NCBI RefSeq assembly: GCF_964204645.1 | Contig: NC_134031.1 | Coordinates: 4,464,001-4,528,000 of the forward strand | Direction of reading: 5' to 3' | DNA: 64,000 nt | Source: Tubulanus polymorphus | Taxonomy: Eukaryota; Animalia; Nemertea | Position numbers and translations under genes: made by a program | In this document: piece by piece, positions 1 through 12,250 of the stretch | Layout: each line of letters begins with the position of its first letter | Numbering within the stretch: the stretch's first letter is position 1 | Notes under the pieces: model-generated | The model's input: the letters and a program-made list of their open reading frames with translations, nothing else | The model's database searches: none | Told to the model about the DNA's origin: nothing

Positions 1-1004
1 CGACATAAACCCAGCAAAATTTCTAGCCGGTCAGTAGTCTCCATTTTTTAACCAGTGGATGTAGTTAGAATTACTAGGGTCTCTTTGTGTGAAAGAGTAG
101 TTTTCTCTTTACCAACATTACTCGCATTAGATTCACTATCTTTTTGCATTTCTATTCAAACAGCTAAGGTTTGCGGCGCTACTGACTTCATTAATCCTGA
201 GGACTACGGTGACCAACCAATGGCCGACGTGATAGAAAAATTGATTGGTAGTTTATGCGACTTTACCATCGAATGCGTTGGATCACAACAAACTGTGGTT
301 GGTACCGGTATATTTAATTTCAGACATTCTTCCTTGAAAGGATTTTTCTTCTCCAAAATGCAGATACTTGTTCTTTCAGAGAGATGCATTTTTATGTTGT
401 AACTCTTGGCATGGTGTCTGTATCGTCAATGGTGTGCTTCCTGATGGACAAGATATCCATTTTCCCGCGTACGAGTTACTTCGAGGTAGAACCGTGAAGG
501 GCAGTATACTCGGTGGTATGTAAAAAAATACCGCAATGATAGAGCAAGAATTATCAAGTTCACAAAGTTTTCACTCCAACCCTTTCTTAGTCATTTGTAG
601 TATTTGAAAACTTTCAAGTGTATTGTCTTGCATATGCATTTTCATACTAGTTATCAAATAACCACGAATAGCCCAGTTTCAACTATTAAAGTCTCCAAAA
701 TGTTAAAATTCAAACCACAGTGTTACTGTATATGATCAGGTAAGAAGACGCTGGATGGTTTGAAAGTATTGTGTGATGAATACAAGGCTAAACGACTGAA
801 TCTCGATGCATTGATAACTCATAGAATGACTTTGGAACAAATTAACGAAGCTCTGGATATTCTCGAACAAGGAAAAAGGTGATAGACTATACTATTAGTA
901 TGTCTAAATAAACAAATGAAACCAATTTAGTCCGGCGACGATGGACTAAATGTCATTTCTTTCTTTTAAGCATTCGGACGGTTTTGACTTTATCCGAACA
1001 GTGA
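1..1004 (+). CDS. Zinc-dependent medium-chain alcohol dehydrogenase (ADH3-related, divergent), 3' part only. Exons <1-29, 164-297, 380-515, 740-878, 971-1004
   Basis: Phase-consistent GT-AG exons give DINPAKFLAAKVCGATDFINPEDY...CDFTIECVG...GVCIVNGV...GRTVKGSILGG...[36 protein letters not shown]. This is the typical C-terminal half of an MDR-family ADH. Confidence 0.92.
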
Positions 1005-1361
1005 GGATGTATGCATGTTGGAACATCACCGACTTAAACATATTCTGCTTTTACATATGATATAGATGCTTTTAACCGAAGATGATATCGATCATGAATT
1101 TTCATGTTAACAAGAATCTCCTATCAAGATATCAAGATTTCAAGATATTTGCTAGTATCTACTTATTTCAGATTAGATTAGATTAGATGCGCATCGAATC
1201 GGAAACGAAATAAAGATATTTTAATCAAATTTTTTTTCACGTATTTTAGTTCTTTTTTTCGCCAATACTGTAATAATGATCAGGCGGGTGCGCGCTGAAA
1301 TCTCCGATGAACATACTCGGTGACCACGTATACGGCGTAGTCTAATTGTTGGTTGACGTTG

Positions 1362-1389
1362 TCGTTGCTAAGGTTGACTTTTTACGTCA
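1362..1389. promoter_or_regulatory. Candidate X-box-like (GTTGCTAAGGTTGAC) and CRE-like (TTACGTCA, 1382-1389) sites upstream of DBH
   Basis: Motif match only, about 370 bp upstream of the ATG. Confidence 0.3.
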
Positions 1390-1759
1390 GATATTTCATG
1401 TTCGATCGCTTCGATGATGGAAATCCTTTTCATTAAGACATTCCGAGACTGCCTGCTCTTTTGTATTCAGCTATTCTAATCAGCCGGTGGGAATATGTGA
1501 ACACGATATTTAATGGTCCACGAGAATCATGTTAAGATGTCAACGCAACTGATATGTACAGATTGCGCAGGAATTGCGCGCAGTCTCTCCGTTCCTGATC
1601 AGTCAGTTCAATAATCAATTTTTGAAATCAACCAATCGTCGTGCGTGTAATCCCCTCATGTTTATTCAAAGCAGCCGCGCTCGGCCCGAAACCCATCACT
1701 TTCAAAAGTTGTTGTTCACTTAACAGAAGGAGACAATCACAAATACGACGTTATTGAAT

Positions 1760-4700
1760 ATGATACACTATTTAGCTTATGTTTTATTCAACTTTGTCGT
1801 CGGACTAAACGGCTTTTATGTGGAAAGGTATATAAAGCCCCCGGAACAACTATCAGACGCTTTCAGATACGATATCTCCCTAGACCAAGCCGGTAAACTT
1901 CATTTATTTTGGGATATTTCTCCGAAAACCGAGGACATATTTTTCCTCGTGAAAGCCAAACTTGAAGAAGGCGAATGGTTGGGCATCGGTTTCTCCGATT
2001 ACGGAGAAAAGGAAAATGCGGATTTGGTGATTTTCTACAAAACGTCGTTCAAGAAATTAGAATTAGTGGTAAGTTCGGTCGCTTCGGGCTTTTTTACAAT
2101 ATCTATAAACGTATCTATAAACTCATGGATGCCGATTTAGGTGTTGAATTGTACGCGCTTGAAAATGCTTTTTTGACTTAATGAGCGAAACTTTTGGAAC
2201 CAATTTTCAAATATATATATATATATATATATATATAAGCTACATATCAACATTGACAACCTTTCATTTATTAAATTCCATTGAAGTAAGAAGATGGTAT
2301 CACTTTTTCATTATATATAACTTTACGTTTTACTGTCGATTCGATATATTTCTAAGTTAACATATATTCTATGATATTGGATTGCCCCGAATACTTGAGA
2401 TATCGATTGACTAGATGTTTACTGATGATAACTGTATTCGGCCGTTTAGAATCTTATGATAAATATTCGGTAATTTCCGAGTAATTTCCCGCATTTCAAA
2501 ACAAACAGACTGTCTTCTGCGGTGCTATTTGCTGGTGCAGTCGCAGCGCGGGACAAGACGACGCAAACTAAGTGTTAAATTGCATAGTATAGATGGTAGT
2601 AATTACAACTGTTGACAGATTCAAGATTTTGAAATGCATACTGGTACCGCTGTAAGAAGTAAATATTTGTCAATGATAACTACTGAAATTAATGACTTTT
2701 AGGTGTCATTCGTAAATTCTAATAAATAATGTCAGAAAATAAACCTTCTTTGTATAACTAATATGTTTTCCATTCTCATATCCCACCGTCTTCAGTATAG
2801 TAATATCTGGTAAATATTTGTAAAATCATGCTTCAAATCAGACCAGTTTCTACAACCGTGATGTGAGCAATGAATACTGTTAAACAGCCATAGACCTTTA
2901 AATGATATCCATCCATTTACGTGGCAAAATGTTGTTTTACGAAACTTTCCAAAACAGCCTACCGACCACCTTATAAAAAGCACCAACATCGTGTCGATGT
3001 CCGCAGGCGGCTGAGATTGAGAGAGAAAGTTGCGGTTTACGATGGCTTGTGGTATCGTTAACGTCAATATCACACCCTCTTATCAGACGAACCGAAACCT
3101 CTTAATACCATTTAGCCAAATTATCTTCAAGTGCCCGTTTTACGAACACTGTTATCAAATACCGGTGACGCTATCTTTGTGTCGTCATGGTTACTGCCGT
3201 TTCATTTGACGTGTTTTGCCGGTAAAATTCCAGAGTGAGTTATGCCCCGTCGCGGTGTTTGATGCTTTCATATCTTAATGAATATCTGTCGTCACGCGGG
3301 TGATGTATGAAAACGATTTATACGTTGAAAACGATGGAAACGCGACAGAAAGTTTTTGTTTATAACCATTTATTGGTATTTAGTCATATGACATCGTGAA
3401 AGTAATTCAATTGAGAAATGATTACTTTTATTTTACCACCCTATCATTCTAAATACATTGTACAGTTAATCAACCAATTGAATTCAGTTTTACTATCATT
3501 ATCTGTGGTTATCCGGAGATTGAGCTCAAGTAAAATGATTTTATCATTCATTTTATCATGAGGCACTAAATCAGCGAGCTTTTCGTATATATGACACCTT
3601 ATCTGGAATAAGATATACTTCTAAAAAGAAATTCGATTCTAGGACACCTTCACAGATAACAAAGGCGTCGTGCACGTAGATAAACACCAGGACTATCAAT
3701 TATTGGGCCAAAAAACTACCAAGGACGTTACGAAATTGACTTTTAAACGGAAATTCAACACGTGCGATAAACAAGATTATAAAATCGATGTAAGTATGTG
3801 ACACAAAAAACAGGGCGGATCATGAATTCTTTTATTCTTTGAAAGATTATCTCCTGCTTCTAAAATCAGCTATACAATATGAAGCCCTTACATCGTCAAT
3901 GGCAAACAGCAGACCAAAAAGTCAATTATCAACTGGGGCCAGTTGCGCCCGTCATGACTTAAGTCCAAAAATGGTCATAAATCTTAAGACTGGTCTTAAG
4001 CTGTTAGATTGGATATAGAACTAAATTGGTCTTAGACTGGTCATAAGTCTAAGCCATGACTATGCAACCGGCTTGCTTCAAAAAATTTTCATGGATAAAC
4101 ACTATATCCGTGTTGTGGCGATAGTATCAAGAGAACCCACAATAATGAAGAAAATTCCTATATTCCTGAGGATGACTCCATTAGGATATACTCGGAATGT
4201 TGAATAAACTACTAGCTCGAGGAAACATTTTCGGAATTTATTTTCCTTCATTATCGTGGGATTCTTTTTTTACTATTCTAAATACCGTTTTCGTCGCTAG
4301 CAGTTGTTAACAGAGCGGTTCTTCTTTTCGGATTCAGAATGGGACTACGCATGTTATATACTTCATCGGCCGGACTCCGATCGTCAGCCCACGCGGTCAG
4401 AATCTGTTTAAATTTCAAGTCGGTCTACAGCGGACGCAACTCATCAAAAGCCAGATTCCACTGCCCGATCTACCAGACGACGTCAAAATCTTTGACATGA
4501 CCGTAAAAAATGTGGGAAAATTTCCTAAAAGAATCGTTCAATTTTTCTTTATTTGTATAAAGATTTAGAAAATATATGTTGAGACGAATAGTAGTAGTGT
4601 ATAGGTTAACTATTTATTTGACGCACGAGCTTTCGCTTCTAATGAATAGCAGCTTCATCAGGTGAATGAGTCATTAATTCACCTGATGAAGCTTCTATTT

Positions 4701-7700
4701 ACTAGAAGCGAAAGCTCGTGCGTCAAATAAATAGTTAACCTATACAGTATTACTCGTCTCGTTACTTATTTTAAACCTGGTTAACACGGCTACTCTACGA
4801 AAATATATGTTCTCATTTCATCTAGGTACATGTTCCGTCAGATGAGACGACTTATTGGTGTGAAACGCATTTACTTCCTAATCTTCCTAGAAAGTCCCAC
4901 ATCATAAGAGTAAGACTGGACGATAGAAATGGATTATCGTTTAAGTAATTACACTATCGTCATCGAAATATACTTTGCATTTTAGTACGACGGAATTGTT
5001 TCAAACGGCCACCGATCTTTGGTACATCACATGGAGGTTTTTCATTGCGAAGCGCCCTCTGGCGTTAAGATTCCTATATTCCGTGGCCAGTGCCCGGATG
5101 AAGGTACGATGATGCAGCGGGGTCCGTCACTTCTAGGCATGTGTAAGCGAGTCATCGGCGCTTGGGCGATGGGAGCCCCGGTAAGTTGGGTTTAGGTTAA
5201 AAAACGTCCGTAAGACAATCGCAGCGTAGATGCGTAAATCTACGCAAGTGACTGTCTACATTTCAATCGAAGAAAAACCCACACTATAAAGAAACAGTAA
5301 AACAGTAATGACGATCAAATTTACGATCTATTTTTCAAAAATTAGAAAATGAAATAATGAATGTTGTTGTGTTGGAAATTTCAGCCGATGGTTTACCCGG
5401 AAAACGTCGGGGTTCCAATAGGCGGCGACGAGATGTCGAGATATGTGGTGGTTCAGGTTCATTTTAACAACCCAGATCGCGTTGCAGGTACAGTCGTATG
5501 TTTTTGATATACCCAGGTATTTTCTTGTGTTTTTCAGTGAAAGTGATTGGAATATAACGAATGGCTTTTGGAAAATTTTCATTGCAATTTTCGTAAAAAT
5601 TCATGAAATAACAAATAAAGGAAAAATTACTATTGAAAAAGGCTAAAATTTCTAAATGTTTTTTCACCCAATTAATTTGAATTGATTAAAAAGGTATTTT
5701 TGTTTTCACGGTCGAAGATCAAATAGTTTCACCGGCATTTCCTTTTCAATTCTTCTCTTCTCTTTATCTCATTCTTTTCTCTTTCCTAAGGGCTGCTTTC
5801 TTATAATATAAGCTAACTGTTGCTTCAAAGCAGTCCTTCGTCTGATATCGTTACATTTTTGTTTTTGCATTAACATTTCATGTGAAAAATAGATCATATC
5901 GTTATCATTTTCGAATGACGAAAAACGATTAACGACTGAAATTGAAACCTATAAATTGTAGGACAAATAGACAGTTCGGGAATTCGATTTTACGTTAGCG
6001 ACGAGGAACGTCAATACGAAGCTGGAATTATGGAGCTGGGTTTAGAGTACACTCCGAAAAATTCGATTCCACCCAGAATGAACGCTTTCACTTTAACCGG
6101 TGATTGCATTTCAGAATGCACCAGAACTGTGAGTAGAGATACAAAATTGGATTGCGCATTTTAAATACCAACGATTTATTCATTCTTACCTAATCGTGAA
6201 AGAATCTTTTTTTACTTTTCTTTTAATTCACAAGGAACGTTCTATCAGATTTCCCTACCTAACTATTGTTACGTCATAAGAGAAATAACCCTTCGTGTAT
6301 ATACGTAAAACGATTTTCTGATACTCATGATATTGTTCTTTTCTATATTGAAAGGCTCTGCCTGCCGAGGGTATAGTTATATTCGCGTCCCAGTTACACA
6401 CCCACACGACTGGCATCCGAGTTTACACTAAACACGTCAGAAACGGGATCGAATTACCGGAATTAAACAGGGATGACCATTACTCCCCGCATTTCCAGGA
6501 AATACGACTGCTAGACACCCCCAGACGTATATTACCGGTAACTAATTCAATCTTCAGTAGTTCTGTGGTTGCGCGCATCCAAGGGCGGATCTAGTAAAAT
6601 TGAAAGGCTGGGGTCCAGAAGTAGGGAAATGGCATTTCTCAGATAGGGCTAGTAAGTAGTAGGGCTAGTCAGTAGTAGGGTAAGTAAGGCCCCCCACCTC
6701 GGAATTCGATATTTTTGTAGAAACAAACCCGAAAACAATAGGTTTTCACGATATCTGTCTTGGCGTTGGTAACCCCGATGGGAAGTCAGGGATCCGGGCC
6801 CGCCGAGACGACCCCTAAATCCACCAGCTGCATCAGATGAAACTCTGGGGCTCGATCGGTCTGAAAAGTGAGATATTCTTTCAACTGCCCTTATTTCACA
6901 GTGTTGAGGAGGTCTTAACATTAGATTGGAATTCAAAAAGAGACTTTTCTTTCTCCGATCCAATCGAAAACTTCACGATCATGTTTTCCAGTCAGTTAAA
7001 GATTAACGAGTAATGCTATTTAGTTTTTCCGCTGTTAGGAAATTATTCAGCGTCTCACTCATTTTTATACATCCGATTTGAAGCTTATCTCTCAACATCT
7101 CGCTTTATCTTCCAGTGATTTATACTTTCGAGTACTGTTATTTCATCGTTTCGTTTTCGGTTAATTGTGTCTCGGTAATTTTTTTTCTTGCCAGGGTGAC
7201 GCATTGCGAACCTCGTGTACCTATAAAACGACGCATAAAGAACAGATTACACTGGTAAGTGCATGTTAACTACATGTGAGATCAGACGATTTTACTACCG
7301 GAAAGCCACGCTTCTTTTAGAGAGGAAACCCTGAAAATAATGTAATCAACTTCTTGAGTTTATTCACGGATATATAAAGCTTCGGTAGAGAGTCCATTGT
7401 TTTAAATAGCCACGACAAGACGATACAAACAACAGTGAAATTCGTCTTTAATTCGATCGATTTCGGGATTGCCCCATCCCCTTTTCAAGAACAATATAAC
7501 AGGAAGTATGTATATACATGGATTGTAAATTACAGAAAACAGACGAAATCTCAGCATTACGAAATATTTCGTCATAATGAGTAATATCTATTTCTATGTA
7601 TGAATTAGATTTTCTAGTTTACACGTCAGTGGTTCTTTTTATATCTTATTTCGTTTGTCGTTATCACCATGCGGTCTGCTGTAAAGCTCCATTTACAACT

Positions 7701-9372
7701 GCATCACAACCACTGGAGTCAGACGGGGGACTGGATAAATTTGTTTTACACCGAAAATAGGATATAGTCGAAATTACTAGATAATCCAAGCTCCGTTTTA
7801 AAGGACGTTACGTCTATGGTTGGTCCATGGACGCTAAAACCGTAGTCAGAGTCCATGGTTTAAAGTCGTAAATCGTTTAGGAGCGGTATCTAGGAGAAAT
7901 GCCGGTTTTCCAGAAATGCCAGTTAAATCAAATATGATATAATGAGTACTAGTTTAACGCTGTATATTGAATCAAGGATTTTTTTCCACCGATACTAACG
8001 TTAAATCAGCGGTACCACGAGGGCTGTTTTTCACACCGGCCGATTTTAAAGGTTATTTATGTTTTATGTTTCCAGGGTGGATTTTCAATATCGGATGAAA
8101 TGTGCGTCAACTACGTTCACTATTACCCGAAAACAAGTCTAGAAGTTTGTAAAAGTTCCGTCGATACGAACGTGCTGAATGGATTCTTCAAATTCATGCG
8201 CCAGTAAGGATAGTTCCGACGGAAGCGTTTTGATCATCGTCGGCGGAAAAGCTCGAAAAATTCGTGAAATAACCCCATTTAGAAAAATTCTGATGACGTA
8301 ATAATTGCTGTTGAATGAATGGTATTTACAGGGAAAATAAAAAATGTTTGGATTTACTGAGTGTTAACAGTTCTCCCTCACAATACATATAAGTACACAT
8401 AATTTCCATCTTACTCTTACTAAATATGCCTATTCCTTATATCTGTCTAAGCTTTTATGACATTTATGATACTTGTAATAAACTTCAGACGTCTTATTTT
8501 TCCCATTTGGAACAGGTATGACCTGGACGACACGTCAAATAGAAATGATGTATCCAGTAATCTCAAGTCGATACGATGGACGCCATTAACGAGTTATTTG
8601 CTGAATAATTTGTACAATGACAACACGTTGTCAATGCAGTGCAATCAGTCGTCTGGAGAACGATTTCCGGTACGTTGAAAATGTCAACATTCCTACCCTG
8701 TACTCGAGACACTCTCTCTTCAGCAGATATCAGGTTACCGTTATATCGAAACTAGGTGTCAGTTCCAGATGGTGAGACCTGTCAGTACAGGTATAGTCGG
8801 GGAGTCGGTATAACCGTGGACTCTAAAACGAAGTCAAACCGTGGAATAATCATCTTGATTACTCCGAGGTCAAACCCAATACCTTTTGTCATTGGTTTCC
8901 ATAGACAAGATAGTCTGTGTTAGTAAATTGAACAATAAACCCACAATCAAAGAAAAACAGTTGGAGCATTTGACGTTCCAAACTCAAATGCTAAAACAAT
9001 ATGTAATAAAATGTACAAAGTTTTTTGGAAATGCCTCATCGCTTTTCAGTGGAAACGTTAAATGCTCTTAAAATTTTACTATGATTGTAGATTTTAATGT
9101 TCACATTTAGAAATAAAATTATATAATTGTGGAATTAGATTGAATATTCGCATACCCCACTGAGTGTCTAACGTTATTGGATATTTCTAAGAAATAGAAT
9201 ATACAAGAAAAAGTCAATTTATCGAGACAATAGAATCGTTCTATCGGTTTTTCAAATCATTTTGTGTTTGTATTTTCAGGGTATTTGGGAGAATATGCGC
9301 CAAACGGTTATCGAATATCCCCTTCCCATACCTCGAGATGAATGTAAAAACTGTGACAAGGAAAATGAGTAA
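1760..9372 (+). CDS. DBH: Dopamine/tyramine beta-hydroxylase (DOMON + copper type II monooxygenase), ~598 aa. 12 exons: 1760-2068, 3643-3789, 4338-4511, 4826-4909, 4986-5180, 5385-5487, 5962-6128, 6355-6537, 7195-7254, 8076-8203, 8516-8669, 9280-9372
   Basis: Hydrophobic N-terminus and DOMON motifs (WLGIGFSDYG, FKRKFNTCD). Also ETTYWC, CuH ligands VHHMEVFHC and VHFNNP, GAWAMGA, AGIMELGLEYT, CuM ligands SQLHTHTTG and DEMCVNYVHYYP. All junctions are GT-AG and in phase, and AATAAA follows the stop. DBH versus TBH substrate preference cannot be read from sequence. Confidence 0.95.
2210..2237. repeat. (TA)n microsatellite
   Basis: Directly visible dinucleotide run in DBH intron 1. Confidence 0.95.
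3933..4071. mobile_element. MITE-like element (CTGGGGCCAGTT-type ends), related to 63731-63966
   Basis: Imperfect terminal inverted repeats (ggccagttgc...gtcatgacttaag / ctaagccatgac...gcaaccggc). Internal sequence is shared with the copy near 63.9 kb (ttagactggtc(a/t)taagtctaagccatgact). Confidence 0.7.
4120..4278. repeat. Imperfect inverted repeat enclosing a degenerate hammerhead-like core
   Basis: Arms aagagaacccacaataatgaagaaaat / attttccttcattatcgtgggattctttt, with internal CTGAGGA ... GAAAC. Confidence 0.4.
4624..4664 (-). ncRNA. Minimal type I hammerhead ribozyme motif (- strand copy)
   Basis: Reverse complement reads cac-CTGATGA-A-GCTGCTA-ttcat-TAGAAGC-GAAA-GCTC^gtg, with one mismatch in stem II. 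Confidence 0.62.
4680..4720 (+). ncRNA. Minimal type I hammerhead ribozyme motif (+ strand)
   Basis: cac-CTGATGA-A-GCTTCTA-tttac-TAGAAGC-GAAA-GCTC^gtg. Core boxes present, 7-bp stem II, palindromic AGCT minimal stem III, stem I cac/gtg. Predicted cleavage after C4717. Confidence 0.7.
6582..6830. mobile_element. MITE-like element, GGGCGGATCTAG...TAAATCCACC family (reverse orientation relative to the 24831 and 40741 copies)
   Basis: Ends agggcggatctagtaaaattg / acccctaaatccacc match the termini of the other two copies. Confidence 0.65.
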
Positions 9373-12037
9373 AAATCGAATATATGTGTACGATAATAAA
9401 CAGTTAGCATCTAGATTGTATTGTTTATCATGCAAGAATAAACGTTGATTTAGACTCATCAATTGAAGAAACCTTCACTCGTGTTTTAATGGTTGATTTC
9501 CCTGCAGTACGGAACAGGATTGCGATATTCAGCCCGTAGGTATTTGTTAACGTCGGCGCTCTGGAATTTCATTCGTTCGCTTAGAAAGATGAAGTCTCTG
9601 AATTCTCGTGTATTTGGGGGCTTTCACGGCTGAAGTAGCTCTTCACAAACATGTCATCCCGATAGAACAAGATAAAGTATGCCGCGTTATTCCGGCGTTT
9701 TTATCCTGTTCATTCGACTTGGGATTTAGTCTATATTGTTGCCTGAACGTCCTGAGAATCAATCTTTTTCGAGTGAACACACAGAGTTAGTGCACGCTGG
9801 TTTCTCAATTGAAAACTGTGTAATAACGGTTCGCCCCAAGACTACATGTAAATATCGCTCGCTGTCCAGTTACAAGAATTATCATTTGTTTTCATAGAAA
9901 CACCGAATGAATTGCGAAACATTATATTAATTAAATCTTTGTCTATTTTCAAATATCAATATCAAATTTCACGGCTAAACAAGAATGATCTGTTGCTATC
10001 CGAAGAAATGAAACTTCATTTTGAAAGCGCGCGACTAGATTTTTAGTCCCGATGCTGCATTATAACATCCAATGTCAATATCATTAATAAAAGGATCAAC
10101 ATTTTCAAGATGGAATCATGCAAGGTTTTCTCCTTTGAAATATTATATAAAGTATAAGACGACGACAATGGATTGTATACATATCGCGTATCAGGTGCGC
10201 GATGCAAAATACGGATTATGTTTCTACAAATAAAAGGCTTAACCGGTGGCGCGAGTAGCGATCACGAGGAGCTTTAGTTTGACAAGCAGACGGTGGCTAC
10301 AGACTACACACCGAGCAGACGGTTTCTAATCAGTTCCGATGTCGTCACGCATCACTCAGATCCGTATAACTATTGTGACGATATTGCTACATGAACGCTA
10401 GAGAATCAGATCTTAAGGTACATACAAAAGGCAAGATGGTTAGGCATTTTTCGGATCAATGTTGTGTAGTTTTCGTAATTATTTTTCAGCTTCGGTGGCG
10501 TTTGAAGCGTCGAGGTAGGCTACTACTATCACTGCGTGTTTTATATAGTTCGAAAGAAAATCATAATTTTTGAATCAATGAGTTCTCCTTATTGATTCAG
10601 ATGGCGATTCTCGCATATATCTTATGTAATCATGTATATACACATTTTCTAATGCATTTTATTTGCAGCTGTTTAAGTCGAATGAAATTGAAAATGGATT
10701 AGCGTAACGCTTCTGATGCTCAAACAATAGAAAATACCAGATGACTGAATGGGATGAAACAGTGAACTATTGCTAAAACGACACTTTAAAAGGCCATATT
10801 TCACGGGAAATGCAGTCATGAGGCAGTGTGACACACGTGCCTTTAATGTTCGATGACTTCCTGGCTCCTCAGTAGAGACTAACGTTTTTAGCGCTCTAAC
10901 CCGATTATGGATAGATTGTTTGACTTATCGGATCTGAACGACACGGACATCGGTACAATACGTCCGCCGAACACAGTAACTCGCAATGGTAAGGTCTTTT
11001 TATTTGGCGTCATTGTGGCTGCAATATTGTTCAATCCATTTGTTTCACGTATTCGCCCATCCCATTCTATGAATAGTATTTGACATTTTGCCAATCAGTC
11101 AATTCGTCTAGCGCGCAGGAAAGACGTCCACGCAAATTGATACACGAGCACTTCTTAAGCCATTAAATCGTGCCTTTATTTCCACATATTCTCAGATTTT
11201 ATGTATGCACGTGACTTTGTTTATGGGCTTCCTGATCATCGGACCCAATCCAGATTCCATATCGAGTATATATATATCGTGGGTTGGTCTCGAAGTCATC
11301 ATTTATATCGCCATATCTCTTACTGCGTGCCGTCAGCATACACGCAGGAAACCGTGCACATAAAATGGACGATGGTTAATAAATGTTCGTTCTGGGAATC
11401 TTTTATTTTTTACGACATCCGTAATATTGAGATAAACGCCAATACATCGCGACGCGTTGGTCTTCGATAGCAAATAGTTCACGGAATTTCTCCATTACGC
11501 GCTCGCTCACTGGCCATATAAACGTGCGAGAGGAGTCGACCTATGACTTGCAACGCGATTCATCACGAATCTAATTACGCCGCCGAAGTCAATTGATCCG
11601 TTGTTTTTTTTTCATAGAAGAAATCATCAAATTACAAGAAAAAGAAATTTAGCGCCTGCAATGGTGCGAGTTAATCCGATTTAAAACACGGTGAACTTCG
11701 AAGTGATATAGGCCTATCCTTGGATTGACAGCTGGAGGAAATGCAGTTCAAATTTAAAAATTTGTTTAAGACTATCAATTTCCAATCATTTTGATCAACC
11801 AGTTTCGTCTCGTAGATGTGTACACCACCATGCTGATTCGTGGACGACCTATACCGTATTGCTTCCATGACTCTGCATGAAACCGCATCCCTTCCTATTC
11901 TCAGAGCACACAGTGGTGTCTACGCGGGAGCCGTTTAACTGCGTTTTCTATCAATCCGGATTCAGAAGAATTTGTCTCGACGCTAACCCAATGAGCATAC
12001 ACTGGCAGGCGAGGTTTGTTGTCATATGACTTTATGC

Positions 12038-12250
12038 CTTTTTTAAAAATAGCTTGGTTTACGGGGTAGACCTATTAAAATATAATTTCGGAGGAGGAAA
12101 TACAGATATTAAAAAGAATTTTGCTCATTTTTTCACTAAATTTGTTCCACAGACGGGAACCGAAATGAAAAAAAAATTGTTTTTATTTGACTTTTCTTCA
12201 AATTTCGGGAGGCGGTTCCCGTAAACCAAGCTGTTAAAAAAAGCCTTAGT
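12038..12250. mobile_element. Inverted-repeat element related to 34670-35020
   Basis: aaatagcttggtttacgggg / cccgtaaaccaagctgttaaaa arms. The right end cgggaggcgg(t/a)tcc(c)gta is shared with 34976-35020. Confidence 0.5.

Larger units (their letters stand above)
4581..4798. mobile_element. 218-bp non-autonomous Penelope-like/retrozyme-like insertion with a 180-bp palindrome and 13-bp target-site duplication
   Basis: Identical GAAAATATATGTT at 4568-4580 and 4799-4811. 4581-4760 is a near-perfect inverted repeat, and each arm carries a hammerhead core. Confidence 0.8.
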
